A DNA stretch of 64,000 nucleotides from positions 1 to 64,000 of IMG/VR virus record IMGVR_UViG_3300013099_000017. One strand, 5' to 3'. The number at the start of each line of letters is the position of its first letter. Position 1 is the stretch's first letter. Under the pieces are notes generated by a model, which was not told the origin of the DNA, did no database searches, and saw only the letters and a program-made list of their open reading frames with translations. This DNA comes from a virus. The translations under genes were made by a program, and so were the position numbers. This document shows positions 63,495 through 64,000 of this stretch, one piece after another.

Positions 63495-63504
63495 TATTAA
63501 ATTT

Positions 63505-63579
63505 GGGTCTGTAGTTCAACTGGTCAAACGTGCCACTCATAATGGCTTATTTCAGGTTCGAGTCCTGACAGACCTACCA
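63505..63579 (+). tRNA. tRNA with CAU anticodon (elongator Met or lysidine-dependent Ile2)
   Basis: Acceptor GGGTCTG/CAGACCT, anticodon arm TGCCA-CTCATAA-TGGCT, T arm TCAGG-TTCGAGT-CCTGA, discriminator A + CCA; lacks initiator features. Confidence 0.88.
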
Positions 63580-63596
63580 AATTGAAGGATTGTATT

Positions 63597-63740
63597 ATGA
63601 AAAAGAATAAAACAAAACAACGTAAATTGCGTAAATGTGAACAGGGTATTAAAACAAAATCTCATAATCGGGGATGTAAATATACACTTGGTGCTAATGG
63701 ATTTGTTCCTTCATTTATAGCTGATTCCTTCCGATTATAA
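63597..63740 (+). CDS. Small basic hypothetical protein (47 aa)
   Basis: MKKNKTKQRKLRKC...; GAAGGA RBS. Confidence 0.35.
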   Translation: MKKNKTKQRKLRKCEQGIKTKSHNRGCKYTLGANGFVPSFIADSFRL

Positions 63741-63743
63741 ATA
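63736..63743 (+). promoter_or_regulatory. Late promoter TATAAATA
   Basis: 27 nt upstream of ORF 63771. Confidence 0.65.
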
Positions 63744-63770
63744 CAAGCATTATATAATAAAGGAAACGTA

Positions 63771-64000
63771 ATGAAAAATGTTTTAATAGCAATAGTATTT
63801 TTTGCAATAATGATTACTATTGGTCAAGTTCGTGCAGAGAGATCACCATTTAATGAAAATTATTATAATCGGATATGGTGTGCAGAAAAAGGTGGGGTTC
63901 CAGAATTCAGATTGGATGATGGTAAACGTGTTGATTGTTTGTTACCGGATTATGCAGTCGAAGCAGATTGGGCTAATTATAAAGCCTATGAATCAATTGG
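63771..64000 (+). CDS. 3'-truncated signal-peptide protein with a PD-(D/E)XK-like motif
   Basis: MKNVLIAIVFFAIMITIGQVRA then WC.EKGG..EFRLDDGKRVDCL...YAVEADW...KAYESIG; open to the window end. Confidence 0.65.
   Translation, partial: MKNVLIAIVFFAIMITIGQVRAERSPFNENYYNRIWCAEKGGVPEFRLDDGKRVDCLLPDYAVEADWANYKAYESI

Overview
A 64-kb segment of a large, AT-rich (roughly 30% GC by eye) T4-like myophage genome, almost all on the + strand. (1) 1-20.4 kb is a late/virion module: a LamG/CBM-type protein, a large acidic repeat protein, PAAR (5.4), gp25, gp6, gp7-like, gp8-like, a 1946-aa DUF4815-type protein and fibre/whisker proteins. (2) 20.4-44.2 kb is the T4-type replication/recombination core: uvsY, 3, uvsW, 55, 47, 46, 45, 44, 62, regA, dUTPase, dsbA, 43, uvsX and dCMP deaminase. 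It is interrupted by a Macro-Thg1-RlmN-like trio and two mini-proteins resembling the tail-sheath C-terminal domain. (3) 44-64 kb is a hypervariable region of small ORFs (ArdA-like, DUF2958-like, LPD29-like, YodL-like, a stand-alone sigma region 4, ThyX-like, secreted proteins) with two tRNAs. The most striking signal is non-coding. Three cassette promoters have a perfect FNR box (TTGAT-N4-ATCAA) at about -41 in place of a -35 element. Four or five others carry a second palindrome (TACCCAC-AA-TGGGATA, NarP/NarL-like) at about -44.5. Six cassettes share an exact 17-nt Shine-Dalgarno hairpin leader, and both palindrome types recur at the late sigma (gp55) promoter. The inference is a lytic phage whose accessory genes are wired to host oxygen/nitrate sensing. 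All family assignments come from motif recognition by eye, not from database searches.
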